From NCBI GenBank assembly GCA_027858325.1, contig JAQICU010000309.1, forward strand, positions 1-26,949: a stretch of 26,949 bases of DNA, in the 5' to 3' direction. The position numbers were made by a program, and so were the translations under genes. Each line of letters begins with the position of its first letter. Position 1 is the first letter of the stretch. Positions 17,089-25,640 of this stretch are shown in pieces. The stretch comes from Candidatus Cloacimonadota bacterium. GTDB lineage: Bacteria; Cloacimonadota; Cloacimonadia; Cloacimonadales; TCS61. The notes below the pieces were generated by a model that searched no databases, was not told the origin of the DNA, and saw nothing but the letters and a program-made list of their open reading frames with translations.

Positions 17089-17919
17089 ATGAAAAATAAG
17101 ATTTCATCATTTGAAGGAATACGATCATTCCTGAAAGAAGGAGCCTGATCTGCAGCATTGTTGAGAGTTCTCAACTAAAGCTTTGATAAGAGGAAGCAAC
17201 TGGAAGAGAAAGGTTCTGCGCTACTGGCAGGTGGAATTATGCAGCATGGTTATCAATGCGGCATGATCTGGGGAGCAGTTCTCGCAGCAGGAGCCCAAGC
17301 TTATGAAAGATTTGGGTCTGGAGCAGAAGCTGAAACCAGAGCAATAATGGCAGCACAAAAACTTGTAGATGCCTTTCAAACTTGTACTGGTGAGATAGAC
17401 TGTTTCGAAATAACAGATATCGACAAATCATCTTCAACTATGAAGATGATCTATGTTTTTCTGATAAAAGGTAAAACCCTTGGCTGCATGCGCCTGGCTG
17501 GAAAATATGCTCCAATAGCATTTAATGAGATAAATGCTGCGTTTGCAGAAGAACAAATCGAAATACCATCAGCTCCAGTAAGCTGTGCCGCGGAATTGGC
17601 AAGAAAAATGGGTGCTTCGGAAAAACATGTTGTTATGGCAGCTGGACTTGCCGGCGGCATCGGTTTATGTGGTGGTGCTTGTGGAGCATTGGGAGCTGCA
17701 ATTTGGTTCATGACTATGAATAAAGGTTTAGACAGCAAAATGGAATTTAAAGATCCCAAGGCTCTTGAATTAATTGAAACAGCATTTTTACCAAACTCCG
17801 ATTATGAATTCGAGTGTTCCGAAATAGTTGGTCGCAAGTTTAAAAATATAAAAGATCATGCCAGGTTTATTCGTGAGGGAGGATGTGCAAAGCTCATCGA
17901 AACATTGGCAGGGAAATAA
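17089..17919 (+). pseudogene. Tandem C_GCAxxG_C_C-family redox (seleno)protein, 276 codons, with Sec TGA at codon 20 and premature TAA at codon 30 (pseudogene status uncertain)
   Basis: ATG 17089 after AAGGA is in frame with 17239-17919. U-SAALLR aligns with the second internal repeat C-AAELAR. Both repeats have LAGGI..G..CG..GA. TAA at 17176-17178. Confidence 0.7.
17154..17182 (+). promoter_or_regulatory. Bacterial SECIS-like hairpin for TGA 17146-17148
   Basis: GTTGAG-[AGTT]-CTCAAC upper stem; loop starts 17 nt after the TGA; lower stem AGC..TT/AA..GCT with T17176 bulged. Confidence 0.65.
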
Positions 17920-17998
17920 TTGGCAGGTTTTTCGATGTTTAAAGTGGATATGGAAAAGTAAAAAATCAAACATAATCAAAAGATGAGAGGAGAAGACA

Positions 17999-18655
17999 AT
18001 GAGTAAAAACAAACTGGATGAAACCGAAATTATGACATCAGATGAAGAGATCGCGAATGCGGTTTTACATGGTATTGGTCTGGGTTTATCAATTGCTGTA
18101 CTTGTTGCTTTAGTCGTATTAGGCCGTATTCATGGGGATATTTTGTATATAGTGAGCTTTAGTGTTTACGGTTCTACTTTAATATTACTATATCTCTCAT
18201 CTACTTTATATCACAGTTTTCCTCATGGGAAAGTAAAAGATATTTTCGAAATATTTGATCATTCCGCTATTTATCTGCTTATTGCCGGGACATATACACC
18301 CATTTCCTTGATTGCAATAAAAGGTAGTTTTGGTTGGACAATGTTTGGCATAATCTGGGGTGTAGCAATATGCGGGATTCTATTTAAGGTATTTTGGATT
18401 AAAAAATTTGTGTTATTATCAACTGTCTTTTATATAATTATGGGGTGTTTTATAATAATAGCAATTAAGCCAATATTTGCTAACATGAATACAACAAGCA
18501 TTGTTTTTCTTTTTATTGGAGGAGCTTCATATATACTTGGAACAATATTTTATCTCTGGAGGAAAATCAAATATCATCATGCAATTTGGCATCTGTTTGT
18601 TCTGGGTGGAAGTACCTGCCATTTCTTTACCATGTTTTTTCTGATCTCAAAATAG
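17999..18655 (+). CDS. Hemolysin III / PAQR-family membrane protein
   Basis: EEIANAVLHG, DHSAIYLLIAGTYTP and HAIWHLFVLGG motifs; about 7 TM helices. Confidence 0.92.
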   Translation: MSKNKLDETEIMTSDEEIANAVLHGIGLGLSIAVLVALVVLGRIHGDILYIVSFSVYGSTLILLYLSSTLYHSFPHGKVKDIFEIFDHSAIYLLIAGTYTPISLIAIKGSFGWTMFGIIWGVAICGILFKVFWIKKFVLLSTVFYIIMGCFIIIAIKPIFANMNTTSIVFLFIGGASYILGTIFYLWRKIKYHHAIWHLFVLGGSTCHFFTMFFLISK

Positions 18656-18708
18656 GGTGCTGGAGATGGGATTAAGTGTAGATGGGGATAAATGATGTTT
18701 GATTCTAT

Positions 18709-19200
18709 CTAGATTCCAGTCCCAATTCTATCAATAACAAAATTATCATCAATTCTTTTTATAAAAACATATGCTGCTTTGCTATGAATCCAACTTTCAC
18801 CCTCATTGAAGTGGCCATTTCCAGCCAACCAATATATATTATTGGGATTTGAGGTAGGTTTAGAGGTAGGTTTAACTGAATAAGATACATGAATCACCAT
18901 TTCATAAAAGTCGAATAACTCTTCTTTAGTGATTTGTTTAGGAGATAAACCATTTTTAAAATTATTTACATCCCACAATTTAGGAGTATCAACAGATAAT
19001 ATCAAAAATTCAGAAAGCTTCATATTTGTATCTTCCGATGCCACATAGTATTCCAAATATTTCTGAAACAATTCTAATGCTATTTCACGAGGTGTGTTTT
19101 CTTGAAGCTCAGAGACAGGGATTTTAGGTCTGTAAATCTCACCGCTAGTACAAGTAGCAAATGTAATTATTATAATTAATAAAGTAAATTTCATTTTCAT
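18709..19200 (-). CDS. Hypothetical exported protein, probable lipoprotein
   Basis: 163 aa; basic then hydrophobic N-terminus ending in FAT-C; upstream GGGAGG SD. Confidence 0.6.
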   Translation of the reverse strand: MKMKFTLLIIIITFATCTSGEIYRPKIPVSELQENTPREIALELFQKYLEYYVASEDTNMKLSEFLILSVDTPKLWDVNNFKNGLSPKQITKEELFDFYEMVIHVSYSVKPTSKPTSNPNNIYWLAGNGHFNEGESWIHSKAAYVFIKRIDDNFVIDRIGTGI

Positions 19201-19448
19201 CTGAATCCTCCCAATTCTTTTTCAACCAAGTCCAAATTTGAAAATTTAACTTCTAAAAATAATGTCAAAGATTTTGTTCTAAGGTATTATTATTTAGAAT
19301 AATTTCATTTGCACTTAATCTTTAACAGCATCACTTTTTCAAAGTCCGCCAGGATCTTCTCGTCTTTTATTTCAAAAATGCACGGTTTAGATTTTCCAAA
19401 ATTTTTGGTAGTTTCGATCTTCTTATTTGTTTCTCAGCTTCTCTGCAT

Positions 19449-20990
19449 CTATACTTCTTTCCTCATTTTCTCAAACTGATCTTTTCCACCAGATAGTATA
19501 AAAGAATTTGGAGCAGCTTCTTTTGCCAGCTTCATCATTCTGCCTGCAGTTTCTTTGATGTCCCATTGAGCATGTTCATCTTCCCGTAAACGGGAGAAAT
19601 GATACAATTCACGTGGATTAGCAGAAACCAAAACTCTGCGTCTATGAGCATTGGTTAAGCAGTATTCTGCAGCTTTGCCATACTTTGGCACAAATTCAAA
19701 ATAGAGTTCTTCACTTCTACGGCAAATATCCAGCAGATCATTCTCGGCATTTATTGCTTTGATAGAAGTTGGAACAGTAATTCCCAGGCTGGGATCGTAA
19801 TCCTGAGTTAAAATCGTCATCAACCTGTGTCGTTTTAGTTGAGCAAAATTACTGGCACTCACCACCAATTCGTATTTCAATTCTCCGGTGAATTCAAATT
19901 CACGGGGCAATGGATCGAAAGCTGAAATATATTTAAGAATTTCTGAGAAGAAGTTTTTCCCTCTTTCCGTATCTGCCAGAATATAACAGGTGATCCGATA
20001 TGCATCTTCTATCGAAAGCTTGGAATTATGGTGAATGATCGCAGCGGCAATGTTCCGATCCACGTTTGATTCAAGGATCAGTTTTTCATGTTCTTCGGTT
20101 AATATTTCAGGAATTCCTTCGTGCTGTTTGCCGTAATATTTTTCTATCAGTTCTTTCACATATTTCTTTAAGTGTGAGTTTGTAAATTTAAAATGATCAT
20201 CCTGCAAATCTGTTTTAAATGCTTTTTTGAATTCTGTCGGATCACTGAGAATGATAAGCGATGGTGCAATTTCTTTAGTCACTTCAAATAATTTCTGAGC
20301 AAGTTCCCGACATTCCACCAACTCCGAATAACGCATGGTACGGATGGCATGTTCCAGTGTACGAGCATTGAATGACAAACCCAATTGTGCCTGAGTTGCT
20401 AAACTTAAAGCATATCTGGCATCTTCTTTAGCCCAGCCTTCCAGAGTGTTTTTAGCGCGATTCATTTTGTCGGAAGTGCCTTTCCCCATTGCGAGTTGGG
20501 CTTGTTTAGCCAAATCAGGATTGGAAGCAAACTGATGATCAGTTAGTTTTTGTAAATTTCGTAAATAGAAATCATTTTGGAATTCTACGAGTTCTCTAAA
20601 TTTCTTTGCATCTTCCTCACTGAATTCTTTTGGAATCACAAAATCACCTTGCAAAGTAATGTATCTTTGAGATTTTTATGTATAAGCAGCACCGATGCGG
20701 CGTGCTTCCAGTTCTTCCAGAGTTAGGCGTGAAATTTGCAGAATATCGAAATTGAAATAAGCATGTTCTGCCACAGAGTGATGGCTCATTCCAAAAACGA
20801 TAGCTTGATTGGAACGCCTTGCTTTCTTGACCTGTTCCCGTGCTTCGGCTCTAAGTTCGGGAACATCTCGAGGATCACGACTTATTCGTGCATAAGCTGC
20901 TGAGATTGTCTCCGGTGTTGCAATTGTGTCTTCCGGTAATTTATCTATCAAATTTTTATCGATGTTGAATCCGGCTAATATGATTTTCAT
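19449..20990 (-). pseudogene. thyX: Tandem-domain FAD-dependent thymidylate synthase (ThyX) interrupted by a single in-frame TAA (pseudogene status uncertain)
   Basis: 20676-20990 and 19449-20654 are in the same frame: ...IGAAYT-TAA-KSQRYITLQG. SVAEHA, SQRY, QLKRHR and LREDEHAQWDI motifs. Confidence 0.8.
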
Positions 20991-20998
20991 CTATCTCC

Positions 20999-22768
20999 TT
21001 ACAGTTCCAATTTTTGCAAAGTTTCTTCTGTGGGAATTCCATTCTTATCCCAACCACGGAGTTGATAATATCTATCCAGCATCTCATCAAGTTGTACAAC
21101 TCTGTTTCTGGATGCACCTTCAGCTAATTCTTCTTCCAGAAATCTGGGAGGCAGCATATCATCTTTACGTGTAAAACCGACCTCCGAATTATATTTCCTC
21201 TCCAGATTATAAATTCTTGTACCAACTCTTAGTAATTCATCTTCTGTAAAGTTCAATCCTGTAACAATATTTAGCATATCTTTAAATGTATCCACACTAA
21301 TGGCAAACTGCAAAAAGCGACAGAGTACAAGCGAATCAACAGCAGCAGAAATATCCTGGAACAAAGCAACTATCTCAGCTTTCCCTTCGATTGAATATCT
21401 ATCCATAAAAACGGGTGAGCCAAGAATTTCAGGTGAAATAAGATAACCTTGCATGTGGCATCCACCCCTGTTTGAAGTAGCAAAAGACAGGGCTTGCCCT
21501 TGTACTCCGCGAGGATCGTAAGCAGGAATTTCCATACCTTTAACCTGCATTGCAAGTTCGGGTTTTCCATACTTTTCAGCAAGTTTCTTAGAACCAAGTG
21601 CCAGATCTTTCCCAATACCTCTTTTGTAAGCAATATCTTCTACTAATTTCACCAGGTTGGAAGAATCTCCCCATACAAGCTTCTCAGGAAAAGCTCCTTT
21701 CTCGTAAAGTTCCATAGCACAACCGATTGTGCTTCCGGCTGTTATTGTATCCAGTCCTAATTCGTTACATGTATAATTTGCTTCAGTTATTATTTCCAGA
21801 TCATTAATACCTAACTGAGCACCAAATGCCCACACGGTTTCATATTCAGGACCTTCACCTTCCCGCTTACTGGTTTTAGTTTTTCTTCCACAGGCTATGG
21901 GACATTTGAAGCAGGCACTTCTACCCTGAAGGATTGTCTCGGCTATTTTCTCTCCACTTGTTCCTTCGGCATCATTAAAAACTCCACGCTGGAAATTCTC
22001 TGTTGGATACATTCCGTGTGCATTGATAACATTAACCAAAACTGAAGTTCCCAATAATTGTAGTGATTTCCCGGTAACAGGATTTTTATCAATAAGTGTA
22101 TTTATTGTTGAGATCATTTTTTTTAAGCCTTCAGGGTCACTGACTGGAATCTCTTTTTTTCCAAAAGCAGTAATAGCTTTTAAATTCTTGGAGCCCATAA
22201 CAGCACCAACTCCACCACGACCTGCAGCTCTATCTTTATCGTTCATAATGGCAGCAAATGGTACCAGATTTTCTCCAGCAGGTCCTATACATGCAATTGA
22301 AATATTTGAAGATGATTCTTCTTTAAGTATTCTCATAGTTTCATGCGTATCCTTCCCCCAGATATTCATCGCACTCTTGATTTCAATACAATCTTCTGTA
22401 ACTTCAAGGTAAACTGGCTTTTCAGATTTTCCGGTGATAACCAATCCATCAAATCCTGCTTTCTTCAAAGTTGCTCCAAAAAAACCTCCAGAACTTGAAT
22501 CAACAATTCCACCAGTAAGTGGAGAGCGAGTTGTAACTTGATAACGTCCAGCTGTTTGAATTATTCCCGTTAGTGGTCCAGTTGAAAATATAAGTGCATT
22601 TTTTTCATCGAATGCATCGATATCAGCAGAACACATATCGGTATAAATTTTCAATCCCAAACCTCTTCCACCGATAAATTTTCTTCTTACGATTTCATCT
22701 ATAATAATGGTTTTCTGTTTCCCGGTACTTAGGTTTATTTCAACTATTTTATTCATCCATCCATTCAT
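20999..22768 (-). CDS. aor: Tungsten-type aldehyde:ferredoxin oxidoreductase
   Basis: FIGGRGLG, AAGRGGVGAVMGSKNLKAI, CFKCPIAC, EGPEYET, GLDTI, YDPRG and NRGGCH motifs; 589 aa. Confidence 0.93.
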   Translation of the reverse strand: MNGWMNKIVEINLSTGKQKTIIIDEIVRRKFIGGRGLGLKIYTDMCSADIDAFDEKNALIFSTGPLTGIIQTAGRYQVTTRSPLTGGIVDSSSGGFFGATLKKAGFDGLVITGKSEKPVYLEVTEDCIEIKSAMNIWGKDTHETMRILKEESSSNISIACIGPAGENLVPFAAIMNDKDRAAGRGGVGAVMGSKNLKAITAFGKKEIPVSDPEGLKKMISTINTLIDKNPVTGKSLQLLGTSVLVNVINAHGMYPTENFQRGVFNDAEGTSGEKIAETILQGRSACFKCPIACGRKTKTSKREGEGPEYETVWAFGAQLGINDLEIITEANYTCNELGLDTITAGSTIGCAMELYEKGAFPEKLVWGDSSNLVKLVEDIAYKRGIGKDLALGSKKLAEKYGKPELAMQVKGMEIPAYDPRGVQGQALSFATSNRGGCHMQGYLISPEILGSPVFMDRYSIEGKAEIVALFQDISAAVDSLVLCRFLQFAISVDTFKDMLNIVTGLNFTEDELLRVGTRIYNLERKYNSEVGFTRKDDMLPPRFLEEELAEGASRNRVVQLDEMLDRYYQLRGWDKNGIPTEETLQKLEL

Positions 22769-22911
22769 TTTGTCCTCCTTTCTTTACCTTGAAAAGGATT
22801 AAAAGTAGTCTCTTCCTGCTAAACCTTTTCAATGGTTAATCTGTCCAACTTTCCAACTATTGCGAAGGTCGATATAAGAGAATCCCTCTGCTGGAAACCA
22901 TTCGCAAGGTT

Positions 22912-23748
22912 TTATTCATAGAACTTATTATATTTTTCGCGATGTTCACAATTCAGGCACATATTATTATAATATTGATATAATGCTTTAGGTAGTTTAG
23001 CCATACTTGCACTTCTGGCTGGGCATGTATGACACGGAATTTCCGGTTCAAGCCAGGCAGCAGGAGCAAATTTAAATAATTTAGCACCTTCAAGGATCAA
23101 TATTCCCGCACTGGTTCCCAATCTGGTTGCACCGGCATTTATCATTCTCATTGCATCTTTAAAGTTGGAAACACCACCGGACGCTTTCACTCCAATATCC
23201 GGTCCTACAGTTTCGCGCATAAGTTTAACATGATGTTCAAAAGCTCCAAAAGCACCGAAACCAGTAGATGTTTTCACAAAATGAGCTCCTGCTTCTACCG
23301 CAAGCTCACACGCTTTAACAATTTCTTTATCAGTGAGATAACATGTTTCTAAAATCACTTTTACGTGAGCCGGGACACTTGCCTGAACAACTTGTTTTAT
23401 ATCTTCACGAATATAGTCATGTTTACCATCTCGCATGGCACCTACATTGATTACCATATCAATCTCTGTAGCTCCCTGTTCAACAGCTTTTTTGGCTTCC
23501 AATGCTTTTATCTCAGTGGTGTTCATTCCTAAAGGGAAACCAACAACACTACAAACTAAAACATCACTACCTTCCAATTGCTTTTTCGCAAATTCTACAT
23601 TTGCCGGATTCACACAAACTGAAATGAATCCATACTGCTTGGCTTCCTCGCACAAATTATTAATCTTCTTCTCTCCTGAACTGGATTTCAATTCAGTATG
23701 ATCGATCATTCTGGCAAGTTTACTGATGTCAAAATTTATCATGTTCAC
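22912..23748 (-). CDS. deoC: Deoxyribose-phosphate aldolase with C-terminal Cys4 extension
   Basis: IDHTELK, VVGFPLG, GATEIDMVIN, FVKTSTGF, KASGGV and RLGTS motifs, then an extra CHTC...CLNC tail. Confidence 0.93.
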   Translation of the reverse strand: MNMINFDISKLARMIDHTELKSSSGEKKINNLCEEAKQYGFISVCVNPANVEFAKKQLEGSDVLVCSVVGFPLGMNTTEIKALEAKKAVEQGATEIDMVINVGAMRDGKHDYIREDIKQVVQASVPAHVKVILETCYLTDKEIVKACELAVEAGAHFVKTSTGFGAFGAFEHHVKLMRETVGPDIGVKASGGVSNFKDAMRMINAGATRLGTSAGILILEGAKLFKFAPAAWLEPEIPCHTCPARSASMAKLPKALYQYYNNMCLNCEHREKYNKFYE

Positions 23749-23755
23749 TCCTTAT

Positions 23756-24778
23756 TTAAATGTTCTTTGCCGCTAATTGTCCGCAGGCTGCACCAATATC
23801 AGCTCCTCTGCTTCTTCTATAAGTAACAGCAGAACTTAAGACATTCATCGAACTTATAAATTTATCGATCTCTCGGGTCGCAGGTGTTTCAAACGGGAGA
23901 TCATCAACTTCATTCCATTTTATCACGTTCAGTTTACAGGAAATATCACCTAGAAATTTTAGAAGTGCTTTCACATCTTCCTGCCCGATATTAAAATCTT
24001 TTATCATCACATACTCGAACGTAATGCGATAAGGTGTTTTTTTTCTGAAATCAAGCAAGTTTTTTTTTAGTTCGGATAAAGGATAAGTCTTACTAATCGG
24101 CATTAATATTTCTCTTTTGGATTGAATTGCCGAATTTAAGGAAACTGCTAACTTAAGCTTTAATCCGGTTTCTGCAAGTTTTGCAATTTGTGGTATTACA
24201 CCCGATGTTGAAATTGTGATTCTTCTCGGACTGAAATTAAAACAAAGATCATGCTGTAATATTCTTATTGCTTTAACTACATTTTCGAAATTATCCAACG
24301 GCTCGCCCATCCCCATAAAAACAATATTTGTAAGTTTATCTTCACCCATTTCTCTTATTGCAAGAAATACTTGTGAAGTGATCTCATGAGTTTCAAGATT
24401 GCGATTCAGTCCCAGTTTAGCAGTTGCACAGAAAGTGCATTCCCTGGCACAACCGACTTGTGAAGAAATGCAAAGAGTATTTTTCTTTCCATTAGGAATT
24501 ATGACCATTTCGATGTTACTTCTATCTTGCAGAGAAAGTAGATATTTTGTTGTGCCATCATTAGATACGGTTTTTGTGATGATTGTTGGAATTGAAATAC
24601 TCAGAATGCTCTGAAGCTTTATCCTGAGTGCTTCCGAGAGAGATGTCATCTCACTGAAATCTGTTGTATATTTATTGTAAATCCAATTCAGGATCTGCTT
24701 TGCTCTGTATTCCTTCTCTCCGAGATCTAATAAACACTTACTCAATTCATCGGGTAACAGATCAAGAATATTTATTAT
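23756..24778 (-). CDS. rlmN: 23S rRNA m2A2503 / tRNA m2A37 methyltransferase RlmN (radical SAM); start codon non-canonical or uncertain
   Basis: CISSQVGCARECTFCAT, FMGMGEPLDN, ITISTSG, EYVMI and GADIGAACGQL motifs. The INILDLLPDEL N-terminus lies upstream of the first TTG (24745). Confidence 0.9.
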   Translation of the reverse strand: MINILDLLPDELSKCLLDLGEKEYRAKQILNWIYNKYTTDFSEMTSLSEALRIKLQSILSISIPTIITKTVSNDGTTKYLLSLQDRSNIEMVIIPNGKKNTLCISSQVGCARECTFCATAKLGLNRNLETHEITSQVFLAIREMGEDKLTNIVFMGMGEPLDNFENVVKAIRILQHDLCFNFSPRRITISTSGVIPQIAKLAETGLKLKLAVSLNSAIQSKREILMPISKTYPLSELKKNLLDFRKKTPYRITFEYVMIKDFNIGQEDVKALLKFLGDISCKLNVIKWNEVDDLPFETPATREIDKFISSMNVLSSAVTYRRSRGADIGAACGQLAAKNI

Positions 24779-25599
24779 CCTTTTTTTTGTTGTTCTATTT
24801 TTCTAAATTCTTCCAAAGTAACAATAAAGCGATCATGATCTTCTGCTATGAGATTAATACGATTATTGTAATAATCATTCTTCTCCACGTACATTTTCTG
24901 ATCTTTAAATTTAACGACCTGCCCCAGTTCAGGAAATTCCTCTGATTTCTTTAGATAGAAATCTTCTTCATAATGTAGGCAACACTGCAACCTGCCACAT
25001 GGTCCGGATATTTTTGATAGGTTACTTAATAAATTCTGATCTTTTGCCATTTGAATTGTTACCTGATTGAATTTCCTTAAAAAACTTACGCAGCAGTATG
25101 TTTTCCCGCACATTCCCAATCCACCCAATCTTCGAGCATCTTCCCTGCCTGATGTTTGATGTAACTCGATCCTCGTTTTAAACTCGGATGCAAGCTCTCT
25201 CACAAAATCTCTGAAATCTATTCGTCCATCTGCTGAAAAGAAAAAAGTGAGTTTATTACCATCCAATTGATATATTGTCTGTAGAAGTTTCATTGTAAAT
25301 GGTTGTTTTTGTAACATTTCCAAGAATTTCTTTTCAGTTTCCAGCTCTTTCTTTTTAACAATTTCTAATTGTTTTAAATCAGCTTCTGTAGCTAACCGTT
25401 TGATCGAAGTTATGTCCTTCTCATCAATTTTATTGCAGATTTGTGCAGATTCCACAGCACAATTCACGATCCGTCCGATATCTTCACCTCGTTCAACACT
25501 GACAATAACATCCAGATCAGGTTCAATACAGTATTCTTTATTATTTAGATAGTAGCCTTCTCTTCCTGTTCTGAACTTTACTTTTATGTATTCTTGCAT
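24775..25599 (-). CDS. PSP1-domain protein (YaaT/RicT-like)
   Basis: VERGEDIG, FFFSADGRIDFRDFVRELA, RIELHQ, GMCGKTYCC and KISGPCGRLQCCLHYE motifs. Confidence 0.92.
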   Translation of the reverse strand: MQEYIKVKFRTGREGYYLNNKEYCIEPDLDVIVSVERGEDIGRIVNCAVESAQICNKIDEKDITSIKRLATEADLKQLEIVKKKELETEKKFLEMLQKQPFTMKLLQTIYQLDGNKLTFFFSADGRIDFRDFVRELASEFKTRIELHQTSGREDARRLGGLGMCGKTYCCVSFLRKFNQVTIQMAKDQNLLSNLSKISGPCGRLQCCLHYEEDFYLKKSEEFPELGQVVKFKDQKMYVEKNDYYNNRINLIAEDHDRFIVTLEEFRKIEQQKKG

Positions 25600-25640
25600 T
25601 ATAACTCCAATTAAATCAATCTATTTTATTAAGATATTGA

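Noticed and set aside
2736-17148. Genome-wide TGA reassignment to Trp or Gly (code 4/25)
   Set aside because: TGA ends the ThiF (17044-17046) and GlmU-like (25641-25643) genes normally, Trp is encoded by TGG, and the three internal TGAs fall only at Cys-type redox positions with hairpins.
19305-19448. 48-codon minus-strand ORF directly after thyX with TGA at codon 5 (MQRS-TGA-ETNKK...KCK)
   Set aside because: No G-loop hairpin at the 17-nt spacing, no recognisable family or SD; may be a gene remnant or chance.
22769-22911. Firm Moco/Wco riboswitch call
   Set aside because: Consensus elements could not be matched by eye; kept only as a low-confidence finding.
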